Source: an uncultured delta proteobacterium (GTDB lineage: Bacteria; Desulfobacterota; Desulfobacteria; Desulfobacterales; B30-G6). Taken from it: DNA of 64,000 nt. Under the pieces are notes generated by a model. That model saw nothing but the letters and a program-made list of their open reading frames with translations, did not search any database and was not told the DNA's origin. Where the stretch lies: NCBI GenBank assembly GCA_963823335.1, contig CAWGLD010000005.1:224001-288000 (forward strand), given 5' to 3'. Shown one piece after another: positions 9,479-19,742 of the stretch (its first letter is position 1; every line of letters begins with the position of its first letter). A program made the position numbers and the translations under genes.

Positions 9479-9997
9479 ATGTTAAAATTGAACTGGCAGG
9501 ATGAGTTTGTGCGGGAGGGGCACCGGGTGTTTTTCGCCGGTCAACCCTTTGCCATGCATTGCCATCATTACAATATTAATCTGCAGAAAACACTCGAAGA
9601 CACGCTTGGGGATGAAGGTATACAACTGATAATCCGGTCTGCGGAAGAATCCGGTTATTGTAACTTCCGGAACCTGGTAGATCAGTTCAGTTATCTCAAA
9701 ACCGTAAAATCAAAGCTTGAAATGGCTGCCGCAATGTACCAGAATTACGGCCTTGGGGTCATTCACCTGCAGGAAATCGATACCGGCGGCGGTCGCATCA
9801 TAAGCCCTTCCAGTCACCATGTTACCGGGTGGTTGGCCAAGCATGGAAGGCGAAAGTCGCCTGGTTGCCATTTTACCTGTGGTTGGGTTGCGGGGGTGCT
9901 GGCGGCTATTTTTGACAAGCCCAAGGGGTACTATCACATGGACGAGGTGCACTGTAAAATGGTGGGGGACCCGGATTGTGTTTTCATGGTTTCATAA
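9479..9997 (+). CDS. V4R-domain protein
   Basis: GGAGG RBS; MHCHHYN, GLG, CHFTCGWVAG, EVHCKMVGDPDCVF. Confidence 0.8.
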   Translation: MLKLNWQDEFVREGHRVFFAGQPFAMHCHHYNINLQKTLEDTLGDEGIQLIIRSAEESGYCNFRNLVDQFSYLKTVKSKLEMAAAMYQNYGLGVIHLQEIDTGGGRIISPSSHHVTGWLAKHGRRKSPGCHFTCGWVAGVLAAIFDKPKGYYHMDEVHCKMVGDPDCVFMVS

Positions 9998-10030
9998 AAT
10001 TTAGATTAAGATCCTTACAGGGAACAGCCC

Positions 10031-10633
10031 ATGGCAATAGACGGAAATAAGATCATCCATGCGGTCATGGAAGGCAGCCGAATACGAGAGGCAAAAGGGA
10101 TTATCCCTCTTTTCGGTGTTTACCTCTCCATTTTATCGGTGGGATACTATAATAAGCTCAGTTTTGACTTCGAGCGTAGGATGGGTGATACAAACGCTGT
10201 CGAGGCCCGATCATTATTGACCAGGGCGGCCCAGGAGTGTGGTTACGCTACATTTCAGGGTATACGAAATTCGTGGGAATGGGATGAAATCATTAAACCC
10301 ATGATTGAATCCGAGAAAGACCAGGTCGAAGGATTTATTTCCGTAGCGGTCGCATTCGGGTGGGGGGATCTTGAAGTCAGGGAACTCATACCCAATGAGA
10401 AGCTCATCATTCGTGCGACTGAGTCTTATGAAGCCGGCGGCTATCTCAATGATTATGGTACAGCCGTCTCCAGCAAATGCTATATGCTTCGTGGTGTAGC
10501 GGGAGCTTTTATGGACCTTCTTTATGGGGACGCATATCCTGACGGCTGTTTTACATTTATGGCAGAGGAGCGGTTCTGCCGCGCAAAGGGAGATTCATAC
10601 TGTGAATTCATTGTTCGCAGATCATCTCATTAA
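10031..10633 (+). CDS. V4R-domain protein
   Basis: FGWG, SYEA, CYMLRGVAGA, ERFCRAKGDSYCEF. Confidence 0.8.
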   Translation: MAIDGNKIIHAVMEGSRIREAKGIIPLFGVYLSILSVGYYNKLSFDFERRMGDTNAVEARSLLTRAAQECGYATFQGIRNSWEWDEIIKPMIESEKDQVEGFISVAVAFGWGDLEVRELIPNEKLIIRATESYEAGGYLNDYGTAVSSKCYMLRGVAGAFMDLLYGDAYPDGCFTFMAEERFCRAKGDSYCEFIVRRSSH

Positions 10634-10640
10634 TATCACC

Positions 10641-12857
10641 TTGAGACAGATCGAGCCCGCAGAGAAGCTATCGTGCTGGGAGATGTTTTCGTGCGACAAA
10701 GTTCTCTGCCCGGCTCACCGCCAACATCAGAAAGAGTGCTGGCTTATTCCAAAAACCCACTGTACGACCATCAAGGATGGTGACTTTATTAATAAATTTT
10801 CCTCCTGTCTGAGCTGTTCATATTTTCGTGCCAGAGGTGGGGATCCAAACTTTCGCGGTTGGAATCACTTCATTGCCAGACAACTTAACAATTACAACAT
10901 CCGCGCTCTTGAAAGGATTTATCAGAAGGAAGAGAGCTTTATCGAAATATTAAACCGCATCCCGGACGGGTTGTTTACCACCGACAGAGAGTGGCGCATC
11001 ACCTATTTCAACCCCAGTGCTGAAAAAATCACCGGCTTTTCAGCTCATGATGCAGTCGGAATGTACTGCAAAGATGTATTTAAAAATCCCATCTGTGAAT
11101 CTGATTGCGCGCTGAAGCGTGCGGTCGCAGAGCACCGGAATATTCACAATCGGGAGTACAACATAACCAATATTGACGGGAAAGAAGTTCCCATCATCTG
11201 TTCGACATCCGCTTTTTATGAAAGCTCAGGACGTATTTCGGGCGGATTGGAAATTTTCAAGGACATATCTGAAATTAAGCAGCTGCGGGGAGAAGTTGTT
11301 CGGCGTGAACGTAAATACCGTAGAATTTTCGAGGGAAGTCACGACATGATTTATACGACCAATTTGCTGGGAGATATTCTTGATATAAACCCAGCTGGTG
11401 TCGAGTTGATGGGTTATGAAGATAAGAACGACTTGCTGGAGGACAAAAACGCTTCACACCTGTACCTGCACCCAAAAGGTCGCGAAAAATTTATCAAGGA
11501 GATCAACCGCAAAGGTTATGTTAAAGATTTCGAGACCGATTTTGTGACGAGAAGCGGTAAGCCGCTGCATGTATTGATCTCGAGCCGGAGGTATGAAAAT
11601 CCAACGACAAATGACATCGAGTATGAAGGTATCATCAAAGACATTACCCATCGAAAGCAAACCGAAGAGGTTATCAAGGAGCGAAACCGCGAATTGTCCA
11701 TTCTGAACAGCGTTGCCGTTGCCCTGAATAACACCATGGACATGAACCACATTCTGAAAGTGACGCTGAAAGATGTTCTCAGAGCTCTGCGACTGGAGAA
11801 GGGTGCTCTTTTTCTAATCGATCATGAGAAAGAAAAGGCAAGACTCCAGATCAGGTCTGGTTTTCCCAGACCCCGGGACAACGGAAACATTGTTTTCGGG
11901 GACAAGATGTTGGAAAAGTATCTTCTAAAGAAGGCGCTGCCCCTAAAATCGGAGCCGACCTTCCCTTCATTTAAGGTGCGATATGAATCAAACAGCGGTC
12001 AGATAGTACCCTGGTTGTCGTGCTTCCTTATCACTTTCAAAGGCAAGGGGGTGGGGTTTTTCGGATTTGATCTTGCACTTGATCGAGAATTCAATCCCAA
12101 CGAACTGCATCTTCTCGGGTCAATCGGTAACTTCCTCGGTGGATCCATCGAGAACGCTCAATTGATGAAAATGATCCGGCTGCACCGGCAGGACCTGAGA
12201 CGACTCACGGAAAAACTGTTTCAGAGCCAGGAGGAAGAGCGCCGGCGTATTGCACGGGAACTGCATGACGAGGCCGGTCAATCCCTCACGGCCGTTAAAC
12301 TTGGGCTCGATCATCTGGAGGCTTCCTATGCCGATGAAAATAAAGCCCTCGGGAATGAAATATCCGAAATCCGTATAATGATTCAACGGACCGCGTCTGA
12401 AATCAGACGACTCTCATATCGTCTGCACCCGACGCTGCTGATCGATCTGGGCTTGCAGCCCGCGCTCAAACTCTATTTTAGGGAAATTGAAAATCACTCC
12501 GACCTGGATATCGACTTCAACATGGTGGGATTCGACCATCGGCTGAATGTCGATATCGAGACAGTATTATATCGATTCAGTCAGGAAGCACTTACTAACA
12601 CCCTGAAACATTCCGGTGCCGAAAATTTTCGTATTTCAATAATCAAGGGCTATCCGCGGATTATATTTTTAGCGGAAGATGATGGTATTGGTTTTGATTC
12701 TCAGATTGCCGGCAGGGATCGACGGAGTCTGGGACTGCTGGGAATGAGAGAGAGAACATCTCTTCTGGGTGGAACCTTCCAGCTTCGCAGCAAACCAGGC
12801 CAGGGGACTCGAATCCGGATTGAAATCCCGCTGCCCGAGGATCAAAGTTATGAATAA
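10641..12857 (+). CDS. Soluble sensor histidine kinase (two-CW-like Cys domain, 2x PAS, GAF-like, HisKA_3, HATPase)
   Basis: CWE..C..CPA..CW..C..C..C N-terminus; PAS motifs FNPSAEKITG and INPAGVELMG; ERRRIARELHDEAGQ; DDGIGF, GLLGMRER; no TM segment; start (TTG 10641) uncertain. Confidence 0.88.
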   Translation: MRQIEPAEKLSCWEMFSCDKVLCPAHRQHQKECWLIPKTHCTTIKDGDFINKFSSCLSCSYFRARGGDPNFRGWNHFIARQLNNYNIRALERIYQKEESFIEILNRIPDGLFTTDREWRITYFNPSAEKITGFSAHDAVGMYCKDVFKNPICESDCALKRAVAEHRNIHNREYNITNIDGKEVPIICSTSAFYESSGRISGGLEIFKDISEIKQLRGEVVRRERKYRRIFEGSHDMIYTTNLLGDILDINPAGVELMGYEDKNDLLEDKNASHLYLHPKGREKFIKEINRKGYVKDFETDFVTRSGKPLHVLISSRRYENPTTNDIEYEGIIKDITHRKQTEEVIKERNRELSILNSVAVALNNTMDMNHILKVTLKDVLRALRLEKGALFLIDHEKEKARLQIRSGFPRPRDNGNIVFGDKMLEKYLLKKALPLKSEPTFPSFKVRYESNSGQIVPWLSCFLITFKGKGVGFFGFDLALDREFNPNELHLLGSIGNFLGGSIENAQLMKMIRLHRQDLRRLTEKLFQSQEEERRRIARELHDEAGQSLTAVKLGLDHLEASYADENKALGNEISEIRIMIQRTASEIRRLSYRLHPTLLIDLGLQPALKLYFREIENHSDLDIDFNMVGFDHRLNVDIETVLYRFSQEALTNTLKHSGAENFRISIIKGYPRIIFLAEDDGIGFDSQIAGRDRRSLGLLGMRERTSLLGGTFQLRSKPGQGTRIRIEIPLPEDQSYE

Positions 12858-13512
12858 AAGCATACGAATCCTGATTGCCGACGACCATACCATTGTGCGG
12901 CAGGGGCTTGCCAGGCTGCTTGAGGAACAGGCGGATCTGAAAGTCATCGGTGAGGCAATAAACGGCCAGGATGCCGTGGAAAAAGCACTGGAACTCAAAC
13001 CCGACATCGCCATACTGGATATCGCAATGCCGCGTATGACCGGAATAGAAGCGGCCAAGAGAATTCGAAAGCGTCTGCCGGAAATCAAAATTATTATACT
13101 TTCCATGTACTCCCATGAACATTACATCGACGAACTAATTGAAACAGGTGTGTCGGGATATCTTCTGAAAGATTCGAGCGGCAGGGACATTATCAAAGCG
13201 ATCCGTGCTGCATTGAAAGACGAAACTTTTTTAAGTCCCTATATTTCCAAAAAACTGATAGAGAGCTATCTAACTCCAAAAAAAAATTCACTCAGGACAG
13301 ACAGGTATAAACAACTCACCAACCGGGAACGGGAAATATTTCAGTTAATTGCCGAAGGTCTTACAACCCGCAAGATTGCCGAAATGCTTTTTATCAGTAT
13401 CAGCACCGTTAAATCCCACCGAAACAAGATTATGGAAAAGCTCGAAATCGATTCGTCTGTGAAACTGGTTCACTTTGCCATTAAGCTTGGGCTGGTGGAT
13501 CCAGAGTTGTAA
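12850..13512 (+). CDS. NarL/FixJ-family response regulator
   Basis: ILIADDH, LDIAMP, GYLLK, LTNREREIFQLIAEG LuxR HTH. Confidence 0.93.
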   Translation: MNKSIRILIADDHTIVRQGLARLLEEQADLKVIGEAINGQDAVEKALELKPDIAILDIAMPRMTGIEAAKRIRKRLPEIKIIILSMYSHEHYIDELIETGVSGYLLKDSSGRDIIKAIRAALKDETFLSPYISKKLIESYLTPKKNSLRTDRYKQLTNREREIFQLIAEGLTTRKIAEMLFISISTVKSHRNKIMEKLEIDSSVKLVHFAIKLGLVDPEL

Positions 13513-13753
13513 GTTAGAGGGTGCAACGGCGCGTAAAAAGAGCCTTCCCACCAATTTTAGCTCTCCAACACGCACATTAAGGGTGTCAAGATATAAAATC
13601 AGCCTGTATTAATAAAAAAATCATCCTTTAGACGATAGCTTCCCATCGTATTCTCCGCTAAAGAACATCTTGCGCCCTGTCAATCAAACCCATTTTTTAT
13701 AAAATACAAAGGAACGATAACCACGAACAGAAATATCGGGAGAGGAGGTCGTA

Positions 13754-14710
13754 ATGTTTCAGCTCAGTAAGGAGCAAAAGGTTTGTGAAGTCGGTGGAGT
13801 GAAATTCGGTGGCCAGCCGGGTGAATACCCTTGTGTGTGTGTGAGTTCTATTTTTCAAAAAGGAGATAGGATTTTTGACGGAAAACGGAAGGAAGGCTTT
13901 AACGAGAAGAGGGCTGAGGAACTTTTAAAAGAACAAGAACGTCTGACCGTGGAAACCGGGGTTCCGGGAATGGCGGACATCGTCGCGAATACAGGAGAAG
14001 AGTTTAAAACCTATATCGATTTTGTTTCATCGGTCAGCAACATGCCGTTTTGCATCGACGCCTGGGTAATGAAACCGAAACTGGCCGGAGCGGCATATTG
14101 TGCCGAGAAAGGGTTGATGGATCGCATGTTCTACAACAGTCTCACCGTGTGGGAAAAGGATCTGGAGACTGAAATCCGCGAAATTTATCAACTGGGAGTT
14201 AAACACGTGCTCTTGGTCGCCTTTGACCAGGAAGACCAGATGCCCAGCGGAAGAATTACAGGTACCCAGAGACTGCTGGATGCGATTGATAAGGCGGGGG
14301 CGGAATTTGAAAGCATTTTCGTGGACACATCGGTAATGAACGGTCCGGCCACTGCCTTTTGTAGTATTGCCAATAGAATGATCAAAGAAAAGTGGGGTTT
14401 TCCCACCGGCAGCGCACCCAGCAACGGCTCCTATATGGATCTGACTAGATTCAAGGAAAACCTGGGTTTCAAAGGTTGGTCAGCCACGGATGCGGCTCTT
14501 GAATCTCTAGCTGCTTTTTTTTATCATGACATAATTTTTTCCGGACCAATGGCGGGAGCCGGCCGAATATTTCCTGCGGTTGCAGAAGCGGAGGCGTTTC
14601 TGGCTACCGCTGTTTTTGCCGAAACTAAAAAACTGCCAAAAGAACCGAGTCATCCATTGTACAAACTGTTCCCAGATTTTGTGGAGCAATTAAACGTTTT
14701 AGCCGGATAG
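13754..14710 (+). CDS. MtrH-family methylcorrinoid:pterin/THF methyltransferase (CmuB/MecF/MtgA-like)
   Basis: GAGGAGG RBS; MFQLSKEQKVCEVGGVKFGGQPGEYP N-terminus; FYNS; WGFPTGSAPSN. Confidence 0.85.
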   Translation: MFQLSKEQKVCEVGGVKFGGQPGEYPCVCVSSIFQKGDRIFDGKRKEGFNEKRAEELLKEQERLTVETGVPGMADIVANTGEEFKTYIDFVSSVSNMPFCIDAWVMKPKLAGAAYCAEKGLMDRMFYNSLTVWEKDLETEIREIYQLGVKHVLLVAFDQEDQMPSGRITGTQRLLDAIDKAGAEFESIFVDTSVMNGPATAFCSIANRMIKEKWGFPTGSAPSNGSYMDLTRFKENLGFKGWSATDAALESLAAFFYHDIIFSGPMAGAGRIFPAVAEAEAFLATAVFAETKKLPKEPSHPLYKLFPDFVEQLNVLAG

Positions 14711-14755
14711 ACATAAACTATTATCTACCCAAACATTTTTGAAGGGAGTTGAATC

Positions 14756-15808
14756 ATGGCAGAGCTTACACCAAAAGAACGCGTCATGCGATTATTGCGA
14801 AAAGAACCCATTGACACCATGCCGTTTTTCAGCGGGATGGGTATGGTCGTGATGCCGGGTATCGACAAAGCGGGTGTCAATTTCGCAAGCATTCATACCG
14901 ATGCAGAGCGGATGGCCCGTTCAGCGCTGTGGTCTTCGAGATTAATGGGATTTGACTGTGCAGTCATACCCTATGATATGACCATGGAATCGGAAGCGAT
15001 GGGCAATACGATCAGTCTTTATAAGGACAGTGAAGACATCCTCTATCCAACCATCCCGCAAAAAATATGGAGCACCATAGATGAGGTGAAGATTCCCGAC
15101 AATATCGTCGAACTGGGACGTCTGCCACTGATCCCCAAAGCCATCGAGGTTATCAAGAAGGAAGCTCCCGAGCTTCCCATCGGATGCTGGCAACTGGGGC
15201 CGTTTACACAGGCAGGCCAGATTCTGGAATTGGATTTGATTCTCAAGGGCGTGTTCAAGCAGAAAGCCAAGGTCGAGGAACTGCTGGATAAATTGACTGA
15301 CATGATCATCAAGATCGGTCAGTGGATGCAGGCCTCCGGGTGTGACTATATGACACTTCGTGAGCCAGGTGTTGCCGCCGATCTACTAAGCCCGCGGACC
15401 TTTCGCGATATCATCAAACCCAGGTTGACACGTATTCTGGAAGCGTGGGGCTCACCTAAATTACTGCACATATGTGGACAGACCGATCCGTTGATAGAAA
15501 TGATGAACGAGTGTGGTGCTGATGGTCTGACCGTTGATATAAAATGCAATCTTGCCGAAGCTAGGAAAAAACTGGGTAACGATGTGCTCCTGATGGGAAA
15601 TCTGGACACCTACACCATGACCTGTGATGAGAAAACACCTGTAGATAAGACTGTCGCGCACGTGAAAGAGATCATCGACAGCGGTGTCGACGCCGTTATG
15701 CCGGGATGTGATTTGTGGCCAGCAATCATTGAAGAAAATATGAAAGCTGTTTCGGATACGACCCACACGTACGGGAAAAAACCCAGCCCCGCCGTTGGAA
15801 GACTTTAG
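14756..15808 (+). CDS. MtaA/CmuA-family (UroD fold) Zn methyltransferase, Cys form
   Basis: LTPKERV, ESEAMG, GRLP, GPFT, Zn ligands HICG and PGCD. Confidence 0.88.
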   Translation: MAELTPKERVMRLLRKEPIDTMPFFSGMGMVVMPGIDKAGVNFASIHTDAERMARSALWSSRLMGFDCAVIPYDMTMESEAMGNTISLYKDSEDILYPTIPQKIWSTIDEVKIPDNIVELGRLPLIPKAIEVIKKEAPELPIGCWQLGPFTQAGQILELDLILKGVFKQKAKVEELLDKLTDMIIKIGQWMQASGCDYMTLREPGVAADLLSPRTFRDIIKPRLTRILEAWGSPKLLHICGQTDPLIEMMNECGADGLTVDIKCNLAEARKKLGNDVLLMGNLDTYTMTCDEKTPVDKTVAHVKEIIDSGVDAVMPGCDLWPAIIEENMKAVSDTTHTYGKKPSPAVGRL

Positions 15809-15880
15809 ACGCTCGTAATGTGACACCCTTGCAGGAACGGTTGAAATAAATGAAATCTGAAAAATAAGGAGAGAATACCT

Positions 15881-16540
15881 ATGGCAACAAAAGAAGAGTT
15901 ACTCGAAAAAATGAAAACAGCGGTTATCGAATGGCAGGAAGACGATATCGGCGGATATGCCCAACAGTTTCTGGATGATGGGCACGTGGCCCTGGAAGGG
16001 ATTATGGATGGATTGGCGGCCGGGATGGAAGTTGTCGGTGACTTGTATGATCGTAACGAATACTTCGTTCCCGAGGTGTTGATGTGTGCAGATGCGTTAT
16101 ATGCGGGTCTGGCTGTCCTGAGGCCCCATGTCCCAAAGTCGGAAAGTGGACCCAAAGCCCAGGTCGTTATCGGAAGCATTCAGGGAGATGTACACGATAT
16201 CGGCAAAAATCTGGTCAAGATGATGTTTGACGTGGCCGGATGGGAAGTTCACGACCTGGGTCGCGATGTGCCGCTGGAAAATTTTGTTTCAGAGCAGCTG
16301 CGGACCGATTCGGAAGTTGTGGCCATGTCGGCCATGATGACCACGACCATGATGGGTATGAAGAAGGTCATAAAAATGATCAAAGACAAGAATCCTGACG
16401 TGGCCATCATGCTGGGCGGGGCGCCGGTAACCAAGGATGTGGCCAATCTCTTTGGAGCGGACGGCTATGCCGAATCAGCTGGAAATGCCGTATCGGAAGG
16501 GATTAAAATGATCGGCCGCCTGCGGGAAATGCACAAATAA
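15881..16540 (+). CDS. Methyltransferase corrinoid protein (MtaC/MtbC-like)
   Basis: Cap domain GMEVVGDLY..YFVPEV; GDVHDIGKNLV (DxHxxG); SAMMTTT; GGAP. Confidence 0.93.
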   Translation: MATKEELLEKMKTAVIEWQEDDIGGYAQQFLDDGHVALEGIMDGLAAGMEVVGDLYDRNEYFVPEVLMCADALYAGLAVLRPHVPKSESGPKAQVVIGSIQGDVHDIGKNLVKMMFDVAGWEVHDLGRDVPLENFVSEQLRTDSEVVAMSAMMTTTMMGMKKVIKMIKDKNPDVAIMLGGAPVTKDVANLFGADGYAESAGNAVSEGIKMIGRLREMHK

Positions 16541-16560
16541 AAACAGCCCTGATGGACGAT

Positions 16561-16606
16561 ACCCCGAACCATGAGTATCCCGTGAGAAGTGGTTCGGGGT
16601 TTGTTG
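16561..16606 (+). terminator. Hairpin / possible partial terminator after corrinoid gene
   Basis: ACCCCGAACCA...TGGTTCGGGGT followed by TTGTTG. Confidence 0.45.
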
Positions 16607-16673
16607 TGCGCTGAACATAAGTCATCCGCGTACGGTAGGCAATGCTAATTCAATTTGAGGAGGAATCTGGCGA

Positions 16674-18734
16674 ATGAGCGACGATAAAGCAATGGTAATC
16701 TTTCAGCCTTCTGGCCGAAGAGGGGAGATTGCTAAAGGGACCAATATAATTGAGGCATCTCGGTTGCTCGGGGTGGATATCGAAGCCCTTTGCGGGGAGA
16801 AGAAAGTCTGCGGGAAATGTGTTGTACGTATTGAAGAGGGGACTTTCGAAAAATACGGTATTACATCGAGTATAGAGAATGTGAGTTCATGGCAGGAGGA
16901 AGAGGAAAAATTCATCAATGCGGAGCGAAAACAGAAGGGATTTCGCTTGGGGTGTATGGCGAAGATCAACGATGATGTCCTCATTTTCGTTCCCGAGGAG
17001 TCACGTGCAGGGAAACAGGTGGTGAGCAAGGCTGCCCGAGATATTCACATCGAGCACGACCCGGCCGTGAAGGTTTACCATGTGCAGGTGGCGCCGCCAA
17101 CCTTTGAGGAACCCCTGGGTGATTTTGAGCGGGTTTGCCGGGGACTTCAACGGGAACACGGTCTAGGCGATCTGGGCATCGATGTTTTTGCACTCAGACA
17201 GCTGCCGGTTGCTCTGCGAGATGGGGACTGGGCCGTGACCGTGAGTGTGTGGAACGACAAAGAGGTCATCCGTGTTCGGCCCGGCAAGGAAGAGAAGTCA
17301 TACGGCTTGGCTATCGACGTTGGGACGACGACCGTTGCCGCTTATTTTTGCGACCTGACGACCATGGAAGTTATTGACACGGTTTCCATGATGAACCCTC
17401 AGTGTAAATACGGTGAAGACGTGATGGCACGCATCACGTACCATATGACCACACCGGATGGTCTTAAGCGGATGAGCGACGACATCATCGAAGGCGTAAA
17501 CGAGATGATCGACAAGGCGATTGATAACACCTTCCCGCCCAAGAAAAAGAAGAAGAAAAGAAAAGGGGAGGAGGGACCGGTAGAATATGTGGAAGCCCCT
17601 GAAGAAGGAAAGACCTACCTGAGGCTAACACATGAGGACATCGAGGATATCACCATCGGATTTAACACGGCCATGCACCATATATTTCTCGGGTTGGATC
17701 CGGAGTTTGTCGGACTTGCACCATTTCCGCCGGTCATTCACCATAGTATGGACATCAAAGCCAGAGACCTGGGTATCGGCATCAATCCTTCGTCCTACCT
17801 GTTCGTGCTTCCCATTGAAGCCGGATTTGTAGGTGCGGACAATGTGGGGGTACTGCTTGCCGAAGAACCCTATAAGCATGAAGAGAATCAACTGATCATC
17901 GATATCGGTACCAATGGTGAGTTGGTGCTGGGTAACCGGCACAAGTTGATTTCATCGTCATGTGCAACGGGCCCGGCCCTCGAAGGTGCTCAGATCGCAT
18001 TTGGTATGCGGGCGGCACCGGGAGCCATCGAACGGATATTGATCGACCCGGTAACCAAGGAGACAGACTACAAGGTCATCGGGCGTGATGCCTGGCGAAA
18101 GTTTTCCAAACCCAAGGATATGAAAGCCAAGGGCATCTGCGGTTCGGGTATTCTTGACCTTCTGGCCGAGTTGTACACATCGGGTGTGATCTTAAAAAGC
18201 GGTGTGTTTAACAAGAAGGCCCTGAAGGATCACCCCCGTTTCAGAATCAACCCGGATACCAAACAACCCGAGTTTGTTCTGGCCTGGGCTGAAGAGTCGA
18301 GTATCGACAAAGATATCGTCGTGACACAAAAGGATATCCGGCAGATTCAACTGGCCAAGGGGGCCTTGTATGCCGGCTGTAAACTGATGGTCAAACGGAT
18401 GGGACTTGAGAAGGTCGACCGGGTTAAAATAGCGGGTGCATTCGGCACACATGTGGATCGAACCAAGGCTCTGGTCATGGGTTTGTTCCCTGATTGTGAT
18501 ATCGACAAGATCGAAGGTGTCGGCAATGCCGCGGGTGACGGCTGTAGAACCGCCCTGTTGAACAGGAAGAAGCGTGCGGAAGCCAACTGGTGTTCTCAAA
18601 ATGTTGAATATATCGAACTTACCGTCGAAGAGACATTTCAGCAGGAATTTATGGAAGCCATGCAACTGCCGCATATGACGGATAAATTCCCACACCTCAA
18701 GGGTATCGTTCCGGATGACATTCTAAACCAATAA
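16674..18734 (+). CDS. ASKHA-type reductive activator of corrinoid proteins (RACo/DUF4445) with N-terminal 2Fe-2S
   Basis: CGEKKVCGKC..RLGC; DVGTTT; YGEDV; GFVGAD; DIGTNGE; GICGSG; AGAFG; GNAA. Confidence 0.92.
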   Translation: MSDDKAMVIFQPSGRRGEIAKGTNIIEASRLLGVDIEALCGEKKVCGKCVVRIEEGTFEKYGITSSIENVSSWQEEEEKFINAERKQKGFRLGCMAKINDDVLIFVPEESRAGKQVVSKAARDIHIEHDPAVKVYHVQVAPPTFEEPLGDFERVCRGLQREHGLGDLGIDVFALRQLPVALRDGDWAVTVSVWNDKEVIRVRPGKEEKSYGLAIDVGTTTVAAYFCDLTTMEVIDTVSMMNPQCKYGEDVMARITYHMTTPDGLKRMSDDIIEGVNEMIDKAIDNTFPPKKKKKKRKGEEGPVEYVEAPEEGKTYLRLTHEDIEDITIGFNTAMHHIFLGLDPEFVGLAPFPPVIHHSMDIKARDLGIGINPSSYLFVLPIEAGFVGADNVGVLLAEEPYKHEENQLIIDIGTNGELVLGNRHKLISSSCATGPALEGAQIAFGMRAAPGAIERILIDPVTKETDYKVIGRDAWRKFSKPKDMKAKGICGSGILDLLAELYTSGVILKSGVFNKKALKDHPRFRINPDTKQPEFVLAWAEESSIDKDIVVTQKDIRQIQLAKGALYAGCKLMVKRMGLEKVDRVKIAGAFGTHVDRTKALVMGLFPDCDIDKIEGVGNAAGDGCRTALLNRKKRAEANWCSQNVEYIELTVEETFQQEFMEAMQLPHMTDKFPHLKGIVPDDILNQ

Positions 18735-18757
18735 ATAGTATTGAGATCGAAACACAC

Positions 18758-19156
18758 ATGCAGAAAAAACAACATGAGAGCGAATCTGCACGAAATGTAT
18801 CCGTAACATCACATGCGGTCTGTATTCATGTGATGCCCGGTATCTGCGGATTTACCGCTGTTATCAGCGCATGCAAACTGGAAAATAAGAAAATACGTTT
18901 CCAGATTTCAGATTCAGAGTGTGGGCAGATCAAGATGCTTGCGGCAACTTTGCAAGAAATGGATTGGAAAGACCTGTTTGTGCCCCTGACACGCAACCCG
19001 GTGTATGTAAATGCCGAGAAATCAGGATGCCACCCGTCATGTGTCATACCTGCGGCGATGCTCAAAGCCGCAGAGGTAGCGATGGGAATGGCGATTCCAA
19101 AAGATGTTTATTTCCGATTTCAACCGTGTGACGGGGAGCCGATCCATGAAGACTAA
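18758..19156 (+). CDS. DUF6951-like Cys-containing protein
   Basis: PGICGF, SEC, CHPSCVIPAAMLKAAEV...PKDV. Confidence 0.65.
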   Translation: MQKKQHESESARNVSVTSHAVCIHVMPGICGFTAVISACKLENKKIRFQISDSECGQIKMLAATLQEMDWKDLFVPLTRNPVYVNAEKSGCHPSCVIPAAMLKAAEVAMGMAIPKDVYFRFQPCDGEPIHED

Positions 19157-19742
19157 AACGGTGGTACCGTTTCGATCCAATGCAGGCATATCTTACGCGT
19201 TGATGAACCGGCTTTTGAGCAGCGGAAAAAAATACGGGCTGAACGCAATATTCCCATTCAGCCCGGAAAAAATTGTCGTTGCCGAATGGGTACTTTTAAA
19301 GTGCCAGTACGGCTGCAGTTGCTACAATACCAACTGGACATGTCCCCCAACGACACCGGATCCTGAAAGGGCACGCGCGATTCTAAACGAATACTCGTTG
19401 GCGTTGTTTCTCGTCGGCAGCAGGAACTGCTCAGATTTTTACCTGGACAACTCGCGTAAACGCGCCAGTCAGGTAAAATGTTGGAAAGGCACCATATCAC
19501 TGGAAAGGATGCTTTTTCTTGAAGGTTACTATAAAGCGTTCAGTCTTGTGGGTGAATGCTGCGCTCTGTGCAAGAGCTGTGCATATCCGGAAGTTTGCCG
19601 GTTTCCACAGGAAAAAAGGCCCGCAGTGGAGTCTTTTTCGATCGATGTGATCAGCACCTTGCACAATCTTGAGACGAACTCGACCGTGGCAACAAAACTG
19701 GACGACAATTTCAACTATTTCTCGATCATTCTTCTTGAATAG
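19146..19742 (+). CDS. DUF2284 predicted metal-binding protein
   Basis: KCQYGCSCYNTNWTCPP, CALCKSC..CRFP..RPAVES. Confidence 0.8.
   Translation: MKTKTVVPFRSNAGISYALMNRLLSSGKKYGLNAIFPFSPEKIVVAEWVLLKCQYGCSCYNTNWTCPPTTPDPERARAILNEYSLALFLVGSRNCSDFYLDNSRKRASQVKCWKGTISLERMLFLEGYYKAFSLVGECCALCKSCAYPEVCRFPQEKRPAVESFSIDVISTLHNLETNSTVATKLDDNFNYFSIILLE

Noticed and set aside
13754-15808. Pyrrolysine readthrough at methyltransferase TAG stops
   Set aside because: Proteins are full length, further stops follow within a few codons, and these are not MttB/MtbB/MtmB families
15881-16540. hgcA mercury methylase
   Set aside because: Has a DxHxxG Rossmann domain, lacks the NVWCAAGK cap helix and TM domain, no hgcB
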